Shown here one piece after another: positions 10,466 through 21,236 of a stretch of 64,000 nucleotides of DNA. Position 1 is the first letter of the stretch; each line of letters starts with the position of its first letter. Source of the DNA: an uncultured Gemmatimonadota bacterium (GTDB lineage: Bacteria; SM23-81; DAOVCL01); assembly GCA_964626665.1 (NCBI GenBank), contig CAZVGK010000013.1, positions 15,628 to 79,627 on the forward strand, written 5' to 3'. The position numbers and the translations under genes were made by a program. The notes below the pieces were generated by a model. It worked only from the letters and a program-made list of their open reading frames with translations, searched no databases and was not told the origin of the DNA.

Positions 10466-10960
10466 ATGCCGTATATCGTCACCGTAGAGGATAAGAGATT
10501 TAAGATCGATTTGCAAAGGGAGGGGAACAAGTTCATAGCCTATATAGACAGCGATCCCTTAGAGGTAACAGTTGCCGAAGCGGGCAATCCATCACACCTC
10601 TCCTTGATAGCGGGAAACAGGTCCTATGATGTGACAATTGAGGATGAGGGCCTTGTCTCGGTGGACGGGGAGATGTTCCCTGTAAAGGTTGAGGATGAAA
10701 GGGCCTTGCAGTTGGCCCAGTTTAGACGGAGTTCCCAGCGGGCGGTAGAGGAATCGATAGCCGCCCCTATGCCGGGCTTAGTGGTAGAGGTAGAGGTGAA
10801 AGCAGGGGATAGGGTTAAGGAGGGGGAGGGGTTGGTGGTTATCGAGGCGATGAAGATGCAGAACGAATTGAAAGCTCCCCGGGAAGGCAAGGTCAAAAAG
10901 GTATTGGCCAAGAAGGGGATGCCGGTGAATGGGGGGGACACCCTTCTGGTGATGGAATGA
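10466..10960 (+). CDS. Biotin carboxyl carrier protein
   Basis: APMPG...EAMKMQNE biotinylation motif. Confidence 0.93.
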   Translation: MPYIVTVEDKRFKIDLQREGNKFIAYIDSDPLEVTVAEAGNPSHLSLIAGNRSYDVTIEDEGLVSVDGEMFPVKVEDERALQLAQFRRSSQRAVEESIAAPMPGLVVEVEVKAGDRVKEGEGLVVIEAMKMQNELKAPREGKVKKVLAKKGMPVNGGDTLLVME

Positions 10961-10999
10961 AAATACCTAAAAAGTCCAAAATACCTAAATGCCTAAAAT
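10961..10999 (+). repeat. Left arm: (A/G)CCTAAA(T) 8-bp tandem array
   Basis: aaatacctaaaaagtccaaaatacctaaatgcctaaaat begins immediately after the BCCP stop codon. Confidence 0.85.
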
Positions 11000-11380
11000 A
11001 TGGAGAAGAAATATAGCGTTAGCGATGAGCTCAAAGGGAGAACCTATAATTTTGCCTTGAGAATTCTAAGACTTGGCAGGTTGTTGCCAAATACTGAAGA
11101 GGGCAGGATAGTTAGGAGACAGGTTTTCAAAGCAGGCACTTCAGTAGGGGCCAATCTGGAAGAAGCCGATGGTTCCTTAAGCTTAAATGACTTCATATAC
11201 AAGGTGGACATCGCCTTTAAGGAGGCGAAGGAAACCAGATATTGGTTGCAGATGATCATTGATGCAGGGTTTATCCCTCAAAAGAGGGTGTCACCAGATC
11301 TGGAAGAGTGTGTAGAGATCATCAAAATCTTGTCGACCATAATCTATAGGAGTTTAAAAAGGAAGAAAACTAAGATCTAA
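11000..11380 (+). CDS. Four helix bundle protein (TIGR02436 / 23S rRNA IVS protein-like)
   Basis: 126 aa: RTYNFALRIL...RQVFKAGTSVGANLEEA...DFIYKVDIAFKEAKETRYWL...EIIKILSTI. Confidence 0.92.
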   Translation: MEKKYSVSDELKGRTYNFALRILRLGRLLPNTEEGRIVRRQVFKAGTSVGANLEEADGSLSLNDFIYKVDIAFKEAKETRYWLQMIIDAGFIPQKRVSPDLEECVEIIKILSTIIYRSLKRKKTKI

Positions 11381-11414
11381 GTCTTTAGGTATTTAGGTCT
11401 TTAGGCATTTAGGT
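11381..11414 (+). repeat. Right arm: TTTAGG(T/C) 8-bp tandem array, inverted relative to the left arm
   Basis: gtc-tttaggta-tttaggtc-tttaggca-tttaggtg. 15 bp are the exact reverse complement of ACCTAAATGCCTAAA in the left arm. Confidence 0.9.
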
Positions 11415-11421
11415 GGTTTAA

Positions 11422-12969
11422 ATGCTCTGTACTCCTGAACATATAAAAGATTTGGATTACTCCAGGGACCTTGGTTCTCCGGGGGAGTATCCCTTTACCC
11501 GGGGGATCTATCCCTCTATGTATTGCGGCAGGCTCTGGACAGTGCGTCAGTATGCGGGATATGCGACAGCCCGGGAATCCAACGAGAGATATAGGTATCT
11601 TTTGGCCCAGGGCCAGACAGGGCTATCGGTGGCCTTTGATCTCCCTACACAGATGGGCTATGACTCAGACCACCCCTTATCCGAGGGGGAGGTGGGTAAG
11701 ACAGGGGTGGCCATCGATTCCCTGGAGGATATGGAGACCCTCTTCGCGGGGATCCCCCTAAATAAAGTAAGCACCTCAATGACGATAAACGCTACCTCCC
11801 CTATCCTCTTGGCGATGTATATCACCCTGGCCGAGAAACAGGGGGTAAAGAAAAGTTTGTTGGCGGGTACAGTGCAGAATGACATTTTGAAGGAATACAT
11901 CGCCAGAGGCACCTACATATTTCCGCCCGCACCATCTATGAGGCTTGTGGTGGATACATTTGAGTATTGCGGTGAGAACCTTCCAAAGTGGAACACCATA
12001 TCGATCTCCGGCTATCACATCAGGGAGGCAGGGGCGACAGCCGTCCAAGAGCTCGCCTTTACCTTGGCCAATGCCATAACTTATGTGCAGGCAGCTATTG
12101 ATCGGGGGTTGGCCGTCGATTCCTTTGCCCCGCGCCTTTCTTTCTTCTTCAATGCCCATAACAATTTCTTTGAAGAGGTGGCCAAGTTCAGGGCTGCCAG
12201 GCGGCTTTGGGCAAAGCTTATGAGGGGGAGATTTAGGGCCAAAAACCCCAAGTCCTGGGGGTTGAGGTTTCATACCCAGACGGCGGGTTCTACCCTAACT
12301 GCGCAACAACCGGAGAACAATGCCGTAAGGGTGACCATGCAGGCGTTGGCCGCAGTCTTCGGGGGGACGCAGAGCTTACATACCAACTCGCTCGATGAGG
12401 CCCTGGCCCTGCCCAGTGAGGATGCGGTGAGGTTGGCCCTGCGCACCCAACAGATCATCGCCTATGAAAGTGGTGTTCCCCAGGTTATCGACCCCCTGGG
12501 AGGTTCCTATCTCATAGAGAGGCTTACCAATGATATTGAGGAGGGGGCCAGGGAGTATATAGACAAGGTGGAAGCGATGGGTGGAGCACTGCGGGCGATC
12601 GAACTCGGCTTTTTTCAAAAGGAGATTCAGGAAAGTGCCTACAAATATCAAAGGGAGCTAGAGGCCAAGAAGAGGGTCATCGTTGGGGTAAACGAGTTTG
12701 TGGCTGAGGGGGGAGAAAAGCCAAGGGAGACGCTAAGGGTAAATCCAGAGGTGGTCAGGGAACAGCGGGCCAAGTTACAGGCTTTGAAGTCCAGGAGAAA
12801 CCAGCCAGAGGTGGAGACATCCCTCAGCCAACTGCGCGCCGCGGCCAAGGGACAGGGCAACCTTATGGGGCCCATCCTTAGATGCGTAAGATCCTACGCC
12901 ACCTTAGGGGAGATCTGTGATGTATTGAGGGAGGTCTTTGGGGAGTATAAGGAGAAGAGGGTAGTATAG
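11422..12969 (+). CDS. Methylmalonyl-CoA mutase large subunit (N-terminal substrate-binding domain)
   Basis: WTVRQY and KEYIAR give Tyr and Arg at the 89/207 positions. Clear paralog of 2259..3905 but about 35 aa shorter at the N-terminus. Confidence 0.92.
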   Translation: MLCTPEHIKDLDYSRDLGSPGEYPFTRGIYPSMYCGRLWTVRQYAGYATARESNERYRYLLAQGQTGLSVAFDLPTQMGYDSDHPLSEGEVGKTGVAIDSLEDMETLFAGIPLNKVSTSMTINATSPILLAMYITLAEKQGVKKSLLAGTVQNDILKEYIARGTYIFPPAPSMRLVVDTFEYCGENLPKWNTISISGYHIREAGATAVQELAFTLANAITYVQAAIDRGLAVDSFAPRLSFFFNAHNNFFEEVAKFRAARRLWAKLMRGRFRAKNPKSWGLRFHTQTAGSTLTAQQPENNAVRVTMQALAAVFGGTQSLHTNSLDEALALPSEDAVRLALRTQQIIAYESGVPQVIDPLGGSYLIERLTNDIEEGAREYIDKVEAMGGALRAIELGFFQKEIQESAYKYQRELEAKKRVIVGVNEFVAEGGEKPRETLRVNPEVVREQRAKLQALKSRRNQPEVETSLSQLRAAAKGQGNLMGPILRCVRSYATLGEICDVLREVFGEYKEKRVV

Positions 12970-13002
12970 GGGTTTCAAACCGGCGAAGCTTCGAATGTAA
13001 AA

Positions 13003-13105
13003 TTCACCCTGTTAAATATTTGCTTGTTTCAAAAGTTCGAGTTCTTCTTCTAATTTTTGTTTCGCCTCTAATTTTTTGATCGGACTCACTATTTAACGGG
13101 GTGAA
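13003..13105. mobile_element. MITE-like element with TTCACCCCGTTAAATA terminal inverted repeats
   Basis: ttcaccctgttaaata ... tatttaacggggtgaa (15/16 match). Same ends as 6501-6560 with an unrelated interior. Confidence 0.6.
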
Positions 13106-13166
13106 GAATTTAGAATGAGAAAGCCTGAAACCAAAGGGACTGGTTCAAAGATGGGGAGGATAGATT

Positions 13167-14255
13167 ATGATTTTTGGCATACCAAAGGAGTTGCCCAGGT
13201 TTAAGGAGATACCTGAGTTCAGGGTGGGGCTTTCCCCAATGGGGGTGAAAGAACTCGTTGAATATCAGGCCCAAGTCTATGTGGAAAGTGGCGCCGGTGG
13301 TGGGGTTGGTTTCTCTGATATGGATTACGAGAAGGCCGGTGCATCTATTGTCTATTCCAAGGAAGAGGCCTACAAGAGAGCAGATGTTGTCCTGAAGGTA
13401 AGGCCTCCCCAGGGGAGGAAGGAGTACAAACTGATAAAAGAGGGGCAGACACTGACGGGTTTCTTCCACTTAGTGACCGCTCCCCAGGAGTTGCTCCAAG
13501 CATTAACCGCCAAGAAGAATACCGTAATTGGGTATGAGATAATTCAGGAGGCTGATGGGAAGCTCCCCGTGGTTATTCCGATGAGCGAGATAGCTGGTAA
13601 ACTTGCTGTGCAGATAGCCGGTAGATTGCTGGAGTCCCCCAGCGGAGGGCGGGGTATCCTGCTGGGTGGTATCCCGGGGATCCCCCCTGCGGAGGTGGTC
13701 ATCTTAGGAGGGGGCACCTTAGGGCGCAACGCGGCAAAAAGCTTTGCTGGTATCGGGTCTAATGTCTATGTTATGGATATAGACCGCGATAGGCTGAAGA
13801 TCATCGCTGATGAGCTGGGCGGTCGGGTTACCACCCTCTTTGCCACCAAGCATAACATAGAAAAGTTGGTCAGGTTTGCCGATGTGCTCATCGGTGCCGT
13901 GCTCGTGGCTGGCAGGAGGGCTCCCATCCTGGTTACCAGGGAGATGGTTAAATCAATGCGCAAGGGCACGGTGATCTTGGACTTCTCCATCGACCAGGGG
14001 GGATGTGTGGAGACGGCCAAGATTGCCCCTTCCGGCAAATTTATCTATAATGTGGATGGGGTAATCCACTTTTGTATGCCCAACGCCACCACTTTGGTAG
14101 CCAGGACGGCAACCCATGCGATGACCGGGGCAATAATACCTTATCTCAAATATTTGGTGGAGTTGGGGTTGACTAAGGCTCTTCAGGAGTGTCCGGGGGT
14201 GAAAAGGGGCATCTATGTGAACAAGGGGAGAGTGGAAAAGGGATATATGAAATGA
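13167..14255 (+). CDS. ald: Alanine dehydrogenase
   Basis: GIPKE..RVGLSP, MSEIAG, GILLGGIPGI.PAEVVILGGG, GAVL..G.RAP.LVT, DQGGCVET. Confidence 0.88.
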   Translation: MIFGIPKELPRFKEIPEFRVGLSPMGVKELVEYQAQVYVESGAGGGVGFSDMDYEKAGASIVYSKEEAYKRADVVLKVRPPQGRKEYKLIKEGQTLTGFFHLVTAPQELLQALTAKKNTVIGYEIIQEADGKLPVVIPMSEIAGKLAVQIAGRLLESPSGGRGILLGGIPGIPPAEVVILGGGTLGRNAAKSFAGIGSNVYVMDIDRDRLKIIADELGGRVTTLFATKHNIEKLVRFADVLIGAVLVAGRRAPILVTREMVKSMRKGTVILDFSIDQGGCVETAKIAPSGKFIYNVDGVIHFCMPNATTLVARTATHAMTGAIIPYLKYLVELGLTKALQECPGVKRGIYVNKGRVEKGYMK

Positions 14256-15547
14256 GCTGGCTTGACGATTATAAGAGCAAACTCTCATCCGCGGAGGAGG
14301 CAGTGTCCCTGGTAAAAAGTGGGGACAGGGTTTATATGAGCGGCAATGCTGCTGTCCCCTATCAGTTGGTGGAGGCACTGGCGGATCGGAAGGATGAGCT
14401 GCAGGAGGTGGAGATAACCCATGTCCTTTTGCTGGGTGAGGATCCCCTTTCCGGGCCTGGGATGGAGGGCCATTTTAGGCACAATTCACTTTTCGTCGGC
14501 CCCGGGGATAGAGCAGCCGTAAATGAGGGGCGTGCCGACTATATCCCCGTATTCTTGTATGAAATCCCAGACCTATTTTACTCAGGCCTTATGCAGCTTG
14601 ATATAGCGTTTGTGCACCTCTCTCCCCCTGATGAGCATGGGTTTATGAGCTTTGGGGTTGAGTGTCTGGTCTCCAAGGCGGCAACCGAGTGTGCGAAGGT
14701 AGTTATCGCTGAGGTCAACGATAAGATGCCCAGGACGTTGGGGGATTCCTTCATCCATGTCTCTCAGGTGGATAAGATAGTGGATGTCTCCCGTGATTTG
14801 CCTGAACTTGAACTCAAGGAATTCACCGCAATAGAGAAGAAGATAGGTGAGTATATTGCGGAGATAGTTGAGGATGGTTCCACTCTGCAGCTCGGTATAG
14901 GGGGCATCCCAAATGCTGCCCTCAAGGCGGTGGAGGGGAAAAGGGACTTGGGAGTTCATACGGAGATGGTCTCCGATGGTATTGTGGAAGCCATTGAGGC
15001 GGGGACTGTAACTGGCGCAAAGAAGACCTTACATCCCTACAAGGTGGTGGCCACCTTCCTCTTGGGATCAAGGAAAGTGTATGAATATGCCCACAATAAC
15101 CCCATATTTGAATTCCATCCGGCAAACTATACGAACCACCCCTTTGTCATCTCCCAAAATGAACATATGGTGGCCATAAACTCGGCCATAGAGGTTGACC
15201 TCACCGGCCAGATTTGTGCGGACTCCATTGGCTTCAAAATATATTCTGGTTTTGGTGGTCAAGTTGACTTCATCCGAGGTGCCGCTCAATCGAAAGGGGG
15301 GAAACCGATAATTGCTCTACCAGCGACGGCAAAAGGGGGTGAGGTATCCAGAATAGTCCCCTGGCTTAAACAGGGGGCAGGGGTGGTGACGACCAGGGCG
15401 GATGTCCACTGGGTGGTTACCGAATATGGCATTGCCTATCTACATGGGAAGAATTTAAGGGAGAGAGTTAATGCCCTCATTGCCGTCGCTCATCCCCAGT
15501 TTAGACCTTGGTTGGAGGAGGAGGCGAGAAAGAGAAAGCTTATTTGA
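14252..15547 (+). CDS. Acetyl-CoA hydrolase/transferase family (4-hydroxybutyrate CoA-transferase-like)
   Basis: GSTLQLGIGGIPNA, LGVHTEM, SGFGGQVDFIRGA, VVTEYGIA.L.GKNLRER. ATGA overlap with ald. Confidence 0.92.
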   Translation: MSWLDDYKSKLSSAEEAVSLVKSGDRVYMSGNAAVPYQLVEALADRKDELQEVEITHVLLLGEDPLSGPGMEGHFRHNSLFVGPGDRAAVNEGRADYIPVFLYEIPDLFYSGLMQLDIAFVHLSPPDEHGFMSFGVECLVSKAATECAKVVIAEVNDKMPRTLGDSFIHVSQVDKIVDVSRDLPELELKEFTAIEKKIGEYIAEIVEDGSTLQLGIGGIPNAALKAVEGKRDLGVHTEMVSDGIVEAIEAGTVTGAKKTLHPYKVVATFLLGSRKVYEYAHNNPIFEFHPANYTNHPFVISQNEHMVAINSAIEVDLTGQICADSIGFKIYSGFGGQVDFIRGAAQSKGGKPIIALPATAKGGEVSRIVPWLKQGAGVVTTRADVHWVVTEYGIAYLHGKNLRERVNALIAVAHPQFRPWLEEEARKRKLI

Positions 15548-15583
15548 AGCAGGTCAATCGTGAGTGGGAAATGGAGTGAGCCA

Positions 15584-15976
15584 ATGAAACTCGATCACAT
15601 TGGGATTGTAACGGCGAATATTGAGGAGGGGACCAAGATCTGGGAGGGGCTTTTGGGGTTCCATCCCATAGAAGTTACCGAGGTGGAGGCGCAAAAGCTC
15701 AAGGTGGCCACCTTTGATGCGGGTGGTGTGGGGGTTGAGCTCCTTCAACCCCTTGGTGAGGGGAGCCCGGTAAGCAAGTTTTTAGCCACCAGGGGGGAAG
15801 GTCTTCACCATATTTGCTTCCAGGTGGAGGATATTGCGGCAACCATCACTAAGTTGAGGGGAGAAGGGGTGGTGATGATAGATGAATCCCCCCGGCCTGG
15901 TGTAACAGCTAAGAAGATTGCTTTTCTCCATCCCCGGAGTATGGGTGGGGTGCTCATCGAGCTGTCTGAGAAATGA
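15584..15976 (+). CDS. mce: Methylmalonyl-CoA epimerase (VOC family)
   Basis: LDHIGI, VELLQP..SPVSKFL..RGEGLHHIC, FLHP...GGVLIEL. Confidence 0.92.
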   Translation: MKLDHIGIVTANIEEGTKIWEGLLGFHPIEVTEVEAQKLKVATFDAGGVGVELLQPLGEGSPVSKFLATRGEGLHHICFQVEDIAATITKLRGEGVVMIDESPRPGVTAKKIAFLHPRSMGGVLIELSEK

Positions 15977-16554
15977 TGGATCTCTATGAAGCCATAAAGG
16001 GGAGAAGGAGCGTTAGACAGTTTAAGGAGGATGTTGTCCCAGAGGAGCTGATAGAGAGAATTTTGCAGATTGCTATGTGGGCACCTTCCGGGATGAATCA
16101 ACAGAACTGGTACTTTGTGGTGGTGAAGGGGGAACAGTTAAGAAGGTTGAGGCAGTTAAGCAAACAGGCATTTGATAAACACATAAAAGGGGTAGTCTCC
16201 TTGGTTTTCCATGGCAATCCCGCGATATTGGAGGATACCAGGCGGTTCTTCTCCACCTTAGGCAATGCGCCGGTGGCTATCTCTGTTTACAGGGCAGAGA
16301 CCCCCGAAGGCGATCTTACCGATATCCAATCGGTGGCCGCAGCAATCCAAAATCTGTTGCTTGCTGCGTATGCAGAGGGATTAGGAGCATGTTGGATGAC
16401 TGGTCCCCTCCCCTTAGAGGAGGAAATAAACGAATTGCTTGGTGTGCAAGGCAAGCGGTTACAAGCTCTTATCCCATTAGGTTATTCAGTCTCCTTCCCC
16501 CCAGCACCTCAGAGGAGAGGGGGAAAGATAAAGTGGTTAAGAAAGGGGGAATAA
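15973..16554 (+). CDS. Nitroreductase family protein
   Basis: RRSVRQF, WAPSGMNQQNWYF, IQNLLLAAYAEGLGACW. Confidence 0.9.
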   Translation: MMDLYEAIKGRRSVRQFKEDVVPEELIERILQIAMWAPSGMNQQNWYFVVVKGEQLRRLRQLSKQAFDKHIKGVVSLVFHGNPAILEDTRRFFSTLGNAPVAISVYRAETPEGDLTDIQSVAAAIQNLLLAAYAEGLGACWMTGPLPLEEEINELLGVQGKRLQALIPLGYSVSFPPAPQRRGGKIKWLRKGE

Positions 16555-17723
16555 TGGAAATAGATACGAAAGTGGTTCATGGTGGCCAGAAACCCGATGC
16601 GGTTACGGGGGCTCTTACGCCACCCATATACCAGACCTCCACTTTTGCCTTCAAAGATGCCGAGCATGGGGCAAGGCTGTTTAAGGGGGAAGAGGAGGGG
16701 TATATCTATACACGAGTGGGGAATCCTACCATTGATCTCCTGGCCAAGAAGATAGCTCTCTTGGAATCTGCCGAGGCAGGCGAGATCTTTGGCTCAGGGT
16801 TAGCGGCGATATTCTCCACGATAATAGCCTTGGCTGGTAGTGGGGACAATGTAGTATCTGATGACACGATCTATGGGGGCACCTACTCTCAGTTTACTCA
16901 AGTGCTCCCCAGATTGGGCATAAGTGTCACCTTCTTAGATGCCACCAACCTCTCTCGGGTGGAGAAGGCAATCAAGGGGAATACTAAGCTTATCTATACT
17001 GAAACGCCAGCCAATCCCACTTTAAAGATAATAGACATCGCTGGCTGTGCCCAGATCGCTCACCAACACAAAATCCCGCTAGTGGTGGACAACACATTTG
17101 CCACCCCTTACCTCCAGCGGCCAATTGAGCTTGGCGCCGACATAGTAGTGCATTCGCTGACCAAGTATTTAGGGGGCCACGGCGACCTCATTGGAGGTGT
17201 TACGGTGGGAGAGGGCGAGTTCATCAAGGAACTCAAGGCGGAAACGGCCACCGAGGTGGGGGCGTCGATCTCCCCATTCAATGCCTGGCTTACCCTCAGG
17301 GGATTGAAGACCCTCGCTGTGCGCATGGAGAGGCACTCGGTCAATGCCCTGCAAGTGGCCCAGTTCCTCCAAATCAACCCCAAGGTAGAGAGGATTTACT
17401 ATCCTGGTTTGAGCTCACATCCTGGGTATGAACTTGCCAAGCGGCAGATGAGCAGATTCGGCGGGATGTTAGGGTTCGATGTGAAGGGGGGGAGAGAGGC
17501 AGGCCAGACCTTGATGAACAAGGTTAAACTCTGCACATTGGCAGTTAGCCTTGGTGATGCGGATACCTTGATAGAGCACCCGGCGAGTATGACCCACTCC
17601 ACTTACACGGAAGAGGAGTGTTTAAATGTAGGCATAAAGCCAGGCTTTGTGAGAATTTCTGTTGGCTTAGAGGATCCCAAGGACATAATTGCAGACTTGG
17701 ACCAGGCCCTTAAGGCCATATAA
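16554..17723 (+). CDS. megL: Methionine gamma-lyase (Cys/Met PLP enzyme)
   Basis: [62 protein letters not shown]. Confidence 0.85.
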   Translation: MEIDTKVVHGGQKPDAVTGALTPPIYQTSTFAFKDAEHGARLFKGEEEGYIYTRVGNPTIDLLAKKIALLESAEAGEIFGSGLAAIFSTIIALAGSGDNVVSDDTIYGGTYSQFTQVLPRLGISVTFLDATNLSRVEKAIKGNTKLIYTETPANPTLKIIDIAGCAQIAHQHKIPLVVDNTFATPYLQRPIELGADIVVHSLTKYLGGHGDLIGGVTVGEGEFIKELKAETATEVGASISPFNAWLTLRGLKTLAVRMERHSVNALQVAQFLQINPKVERIYYPGLSSHPGYELAKRQMSRFGGMLGFDVKGGREAGQTLMNKVKLCTLAVSLGDADTLIEHPASMTHSTYTEEECLNVGIKPGFVRISVGLEDPKDIIADLDQALKAI

Positions 17724-17749
17724 GGCAGCGTTCATATAAAGGGGGTGAG

Positions 17750-18796
17750 ATGGTTGGTATAGTAGGATATGGATCATACCTTCCCAGGTATAGGATAAAA
17801 GTGGAGGAGATTGCTCACCAATGGGGAGCGGACCCAGAGGGCATAAAAAGGGGGCTTCTCTTAAGGGAGAAGACCGTTCCCGCCCCTGATGAAGATGCGA
17901 TCACCATTGCAGTTGAGGCCTCCAGGAATGCTCTTAAACGGGCCGGTATAAAGCCAAGTGAAATAGGCGCTGTCTATGTGGGTTCGGAATCCCATCCTTA
18001 TGCAGTAAAGCCCTCAGGCACAATCGTCGCTGAGGCCCTGGGGATAACCCCTGAGGTCCATATTGCCGACTACGAGTTTGCCTGTAAGGCAGGGACTGAG
18101 GCTATGTGGGTGGGGCAGGGCTTGGTGAAAGCAGGGGAGGTCAAGTACGCCTTATCGGTGGGTGCGGACACATCCCAGGGAGCACCTGGGGATGCCCTGG
18201 AATACTCGGCATCAGCCGGGGGATCAGCCTTTATCTTTGGCCAAACCGGGGTGGTGGCAGAGGTTGTCGCCACTTACTCCTATGCCACCGATACCGCCGA
18301 CTTCTGGAGGCGGGAGGGTGCCTTCTATCCCCGCCATGGAGGCAGGTTTACCGGTGAGCCCGCCTATTTCAAGCATATCTTGGGTGCGGCCAGGGGGATT
18401 ATGCAAAAGGCCGGCCTTAAACCTGCCGATTTCGCTTATGCCGTCTTCCATATGCCCAATGGCAAGTTCCCGTTAACTGCGGGCAAGAGGCTTGGTTTTT
18501 CCCAGGAGCAGCTTGACCCTGGTTGGGTAGTGCCGTTGATGGGGAACACCTACTCAGGCTCATCACCAACCGGTTTGTCTGCTACCCTCGATGTGGCCAA
18601 GCCAGGTGACTTTATCTTACTCACCTCATTTGGCTCGGGCGCAGGTAGCGATGCATTTGTCTTCAAGGTTACGGAGAGAATCGAGGAGGTAAGGAACAGG
18701 GCGATGAAAGTGAGGGAGCTTTTGGAGGATAGCCCGATATATTTAGATTATGGTCTCTACGCCAAATTTAGGGGGAAGATAATTATGAATAGATAG
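17750..18796 (+). CDS. Hydroxymethylglutaryl-CoA synthase, archaeal type
   Basis: [26 protein letters not shown] (Glu), FACKAGT (Cys), FHMPNGKF (His), [15 protein letters not shown]. Confidence 0.9.
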   Translation: MVGIVGYGSYLPRYRIKVEEIAHQWGADPEGIKRGLLLREKTVPAPDEDAITIAVEASRNALKRAGIKPSEIGAVYVGSESHPYAVKPSGTIVAEALGITPEVHIADYEFACKAGTEAMWVGQGLVKAGEVKYALSVGADTSQGAPGDALEYSASAGGSAFIFGQTGVVAEVVATYSYATDTADFWRREGAFYPRHGGRFTGEPAYFKHILGAARGIMQKAGLKPADFAYAVFHMPNGKFPLTAGKRLGFSQEQLDPGWVVPLMGNTYSGSSPTGLSATLDVAKPGDFILLTSFGSGAGSDAFVFKVTERIEEVRNRAMKVRELLEDSPIYLDYGLYAKFRGKIIMNR

Positions 18797-18844
18797 GCGG
18801 GCTCTTAGCTATGAAGACGTAAGTCACTAAGAATATGGGAAATT

Positions 18845-18978
18845 AACCCGAATTATTAATGGACTGAAGACGAATTGACATAACCCTTTCAAGGCTAATG
18901 ATTTATGTGCTTGTTTTGTAGGGACAGACATTTATGTCTGTCCGCCTCGTGTCTTTGGGGCATGAATAATTAGGGGTT
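18845..18978. mobile_element. MITE-like element with AACCCGAATTATT ends enclosing a GTAG-REP
   Basis: aacccgaattatt ... aataattaggggtt, with gtagggacagacatttatgtctgtcc inside. The same right end occurs at 23141-23157 and about 6703. Confidence 0.5.
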
Positions 18979-19005
18979 AGAATCTTAGGAGAAAGCGAGG
19001 GGGAA

Positions 19006-20154
19006 ATGAGAGATGTCGCCATTATTGGGGTGGGAATGACAAAGTTTGGGGAGCTATGGGACAGTTCGATCCGCGATATTTTTGCCGAGGCCGCGCTTAA
19101 GGCCATAGCCGATGCTGGGGTTGACCACATAGACTCGATGTATGTGGGCAATATGACCGCTGGTTTGTTTGTGGGTCAGGAGCACATCGGGGCCCTGATG
19201 GCCGACTACTTGGGAGTTGTCCCCATTCCGGCAATAAGGGTTGAGTCCGCCTGTGCCTCTGGGGGGATGGCCTTACGCCAGGGTCTTATGGAGGTGGCAT
19301 CTGGGATGAGCGATATTGTCCTTGCCGGAGGGGTGGAGAAGATGTGGGATGGTGTAGATGTGACCTATGCTTTGGCCACGGCCAGCGACCAGGAGTATGA
19401 GGTCTATCAGGGGATGACTTTCCCCGGCCTATATGCAACGATCGCCCGCGCCCATATGCACCGCTACGGGACAACGAGGGAACAGCTTGCCTTGGTGGCG
19501 GTGAAAAATCACAAAAATGGCTCACTAAACCCCAATGCTCAATATCAGATGGAGATTACGGTTAATACGGTGCTCAACTCCACTAAGGTGGCAGATCCGC
19601 TTACCCTGCTGGATTGTTCCCCGGTGACAGACGGCGCCGCCGCGGTGATACTTTGTCCTCTTGCAGAGGCAAAGAGATATACTGACCTGCCTGTGAAGAT
19701 ACTTGCCTCCGCAGCGGCCACGGACTATCTGGCTTTACATCAGAGGGAGGACATAATCGCTCTGAAGGCAGTTAGGGTCTCAGCGGAGAAGGCCTTTAAA
19801 CAAGCGGGGTTTGGGCCGGAAAAGATCGATGTGGCCGAGGTTCATGATTGTTTCACCATCGCAGAGATATGTGTAATCGAGGAGATGGGTTTTGCAGAGA
19901 GAGGGAAGGGGGGGGAATTTACCGCAAGGGGTTATACAGCCCTCGATGGCAAGATTCCCATTAATCCCTCGGGGGGCCTCAAGTCCAAGGGGCACCCCGT
20001 GGGAGCTACCGGGGTAGCGCAGGCGGTGGAAATAGTGGAGCAACTCCGTGGCGATGCCGGCAAGCGGCAAGTAAAGGGGGCCAAGATTGGACTTGCCCAA
20101 AATATGGGTGGTTCAGGGGCATCGTCAGTGGTTCACATATTTGGAGTTGCTTGA
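19006..20154 (+). CDS. Acetyl-CoA acetyltransferase (archaeal/SCP2-type thiolase)
   Basis: [42 protein letters not shown]. Confidence 0.92.
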   Translation: MRDVAIIGVGMTKFGELWDSSIRDIFAEAALKAIADAGVDHIDSMYVGNMTAGLFVGQEHIGALMADYLGVVPIPAIRVESACASGGMALRQGLMEVASGMSDIVLAGGVEKMWDGVDVTYALATASDQEYEVYQGMTFPGLYATIARAHMHRYGTTREQLALVAVKNHKNGSLNPNAQYQMEITVNTVLNSTKVADPLTLLDCSPVTDGAAAVILCPLAEAKRYTDLPVKILASAAATDYLALHQREDIIALKAVRVSAEKAFKQAGFGPEKIDVAEVHDCFTIAEICVIEEMGFAERGKGGEFTARGYTALDGKIPINPSGGLKSKGHPVGATGVAQAVEIVEQLRGDAGKRQVKGAKIGLAQNMGGSGASSVVHIFGVA

Positions 20155-20405
20155 GTCATTGCGTAGTTAGGTCATTGAGTCTGTAAGTATACGAGAAATT
20201 GGCAGAAAGTGAGAAACTTAGTCAGATACAAATGGACGGGCAGGAAGCTGGAGCAGAAGTTGGCCTCATCCTTATGAAGCATTGGCTCTAAACTATGTCA
20301 TCGGAATGATTTCGCTAAACCCTACACCACTTTGACTCAACAACTCAATAAACTCAATAGACTCAACAGATTCAATGACTCAATAGACTCAACGCACTCA
20401 ACAAA
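20151..20405 (+). repeat. TTGAGTC / GACTCAA inverted arrays enclosing a decayed four-helix-bundle remnant
   Basis: The left arm 20151-20181 contains the thiolase stop codon. The right arm 20334-20405 has about 8 units. The interior encodes NWQKVRNLV, compared with WQGARDLV in the intact gene at 20853. Confidence 0.75.
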
Positions 20406-20416
20406 CGGAGGTTATT

Positions 20417-20824
20417 ATGCCAGTGCCAAGGTATACAAGGGAGATACCCCAAAGATTCAGGCTGGAGGCGAGTAGGTGCAAATCCTGCGGTAAGATTCTT
20501 TTCCCCCCTAGGCCTGTCTGCCCACAATGTGGGTCAAAGGAATTTGAAAAAGTGCGGTTGAGCGATAAGGGGAAGGTGGTTACCTTCACGGTAATTAGGG
20601 TTGCTTCTGAGCAGTTCGCTACCCAGACACCCTATGTGGTAGCTGTGGTGGAGTTGAGTGATGGAGCGCGCATAACCACCCAAGTGGTGGACTGCCGGCC
20701 GGAGGAGGTAGAGATTGGGAAGTCGGTGCGGCTTGTTTTCCGGAGGGTTCAAGAAGAGGGCAAAACAGGCATCCTCAATTATGGGTACAAGGGTGTGTTG
20801 AGTCAGGACTCATTGAGTCGTTGA
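20417..20824 (+). CDS. DUF35 Zn-ribbon/OB-fold protein (thiolase partner)
   Basis: C..CG...FPPR..CP.C, GKVVTFTVI, TPYVVAVVEL..G. Confidence 0.93.
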   Translation: MPVPRYTREIPQRFRLEASRCKSCGKILFPPRPVCPQCGSKEFEKVRLSDKGKVVTFTVIRVASEQFATQTPYVVAVVELSDGARITTQVVDCRPEEVEIGKSVRLVFRRVQEEGKTGILNYGYKGVLSQDSLSR

Positions 20825-20828
20825 GTCA
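20798..20828 (+). repeat. Left arm: TTGAGTC array overlapping the DUF35 stop codon
   Basis: ttgagtcaggactcattgagtcgttgagtca encodes LSQDSLSR*. Confidence 0.85.
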
Positions 20829-20852
20829 TAGAAATCCTTGGGCCGCCGAGTG

Positions 20853-21236
20853 ATGAAGATCAAAAGATTCGAAGACATAAAAGCTTGGCAAGGGGCAAGG
20901 GATTTGGTCAACAAAATATATAAGGCCATAAGGGGTAATAATGGCTTTTATCGAGATTTCAGGTTCAGGGAACAGATACAGGCGGCAGGTATTTCTGTGA
21001 TGTCTAATATCGCAGAAGGGTTTGCCAGGAGTAGCGACCGTGAGTTTAAAAGGTTCTTATGGATAGCTAAAGGTTCTCTCGCAGAGGTTCAGAGTCAACT
21101 GTGGGTGGCGCTTGATCAAGGGTATGTCACCCAGGATGATTTTGATAGGCTATATGCAAAGGCGGAAGAAGTGGCCAAGCTAATTTCCGGTTTCATCACC
21201 TATCTCCTCGACTCAAAGACCCAACGGACTCAATGA
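20853..21236 (+). CDS. Four helix bundle protein (23S rRNA IVS protein / bAvd-like)
   Basis: FEDIKAWQGARDL...QIQAAGISVMSNIAEGFAR...EF.RFL.IAKGS..EV.SQL..A.DQGY...KLISGFI. Confidence 0.93.
   Translation: MKIKRFEDIKAWQGARDLVNKIYKAIRGNNGFYRDFRFREQIQAAGISVMSNIAEGFARSSDREFKRFLWIAKGSLAEVQSQLWVALDQGYVTQDDFDRLYAKAEEVAKLISGFITYLLDSKTQRTQ

Noticed and set aside
10961-11414. Intervening sequence of an rRNA gene
   Set aside because: The flanks are protein-coding genes; no rRNA sequence was recognised anywhere in the window.
17750-20824. PhlABC (diacetylphloroglucinol) acyltransferase cluster
   Set aside because: The HMGCS-like gene retains catalytic Glu/Cys/His and archaeal HMGCS-type sequence, and there is no PhlD-type polyketide synthase.
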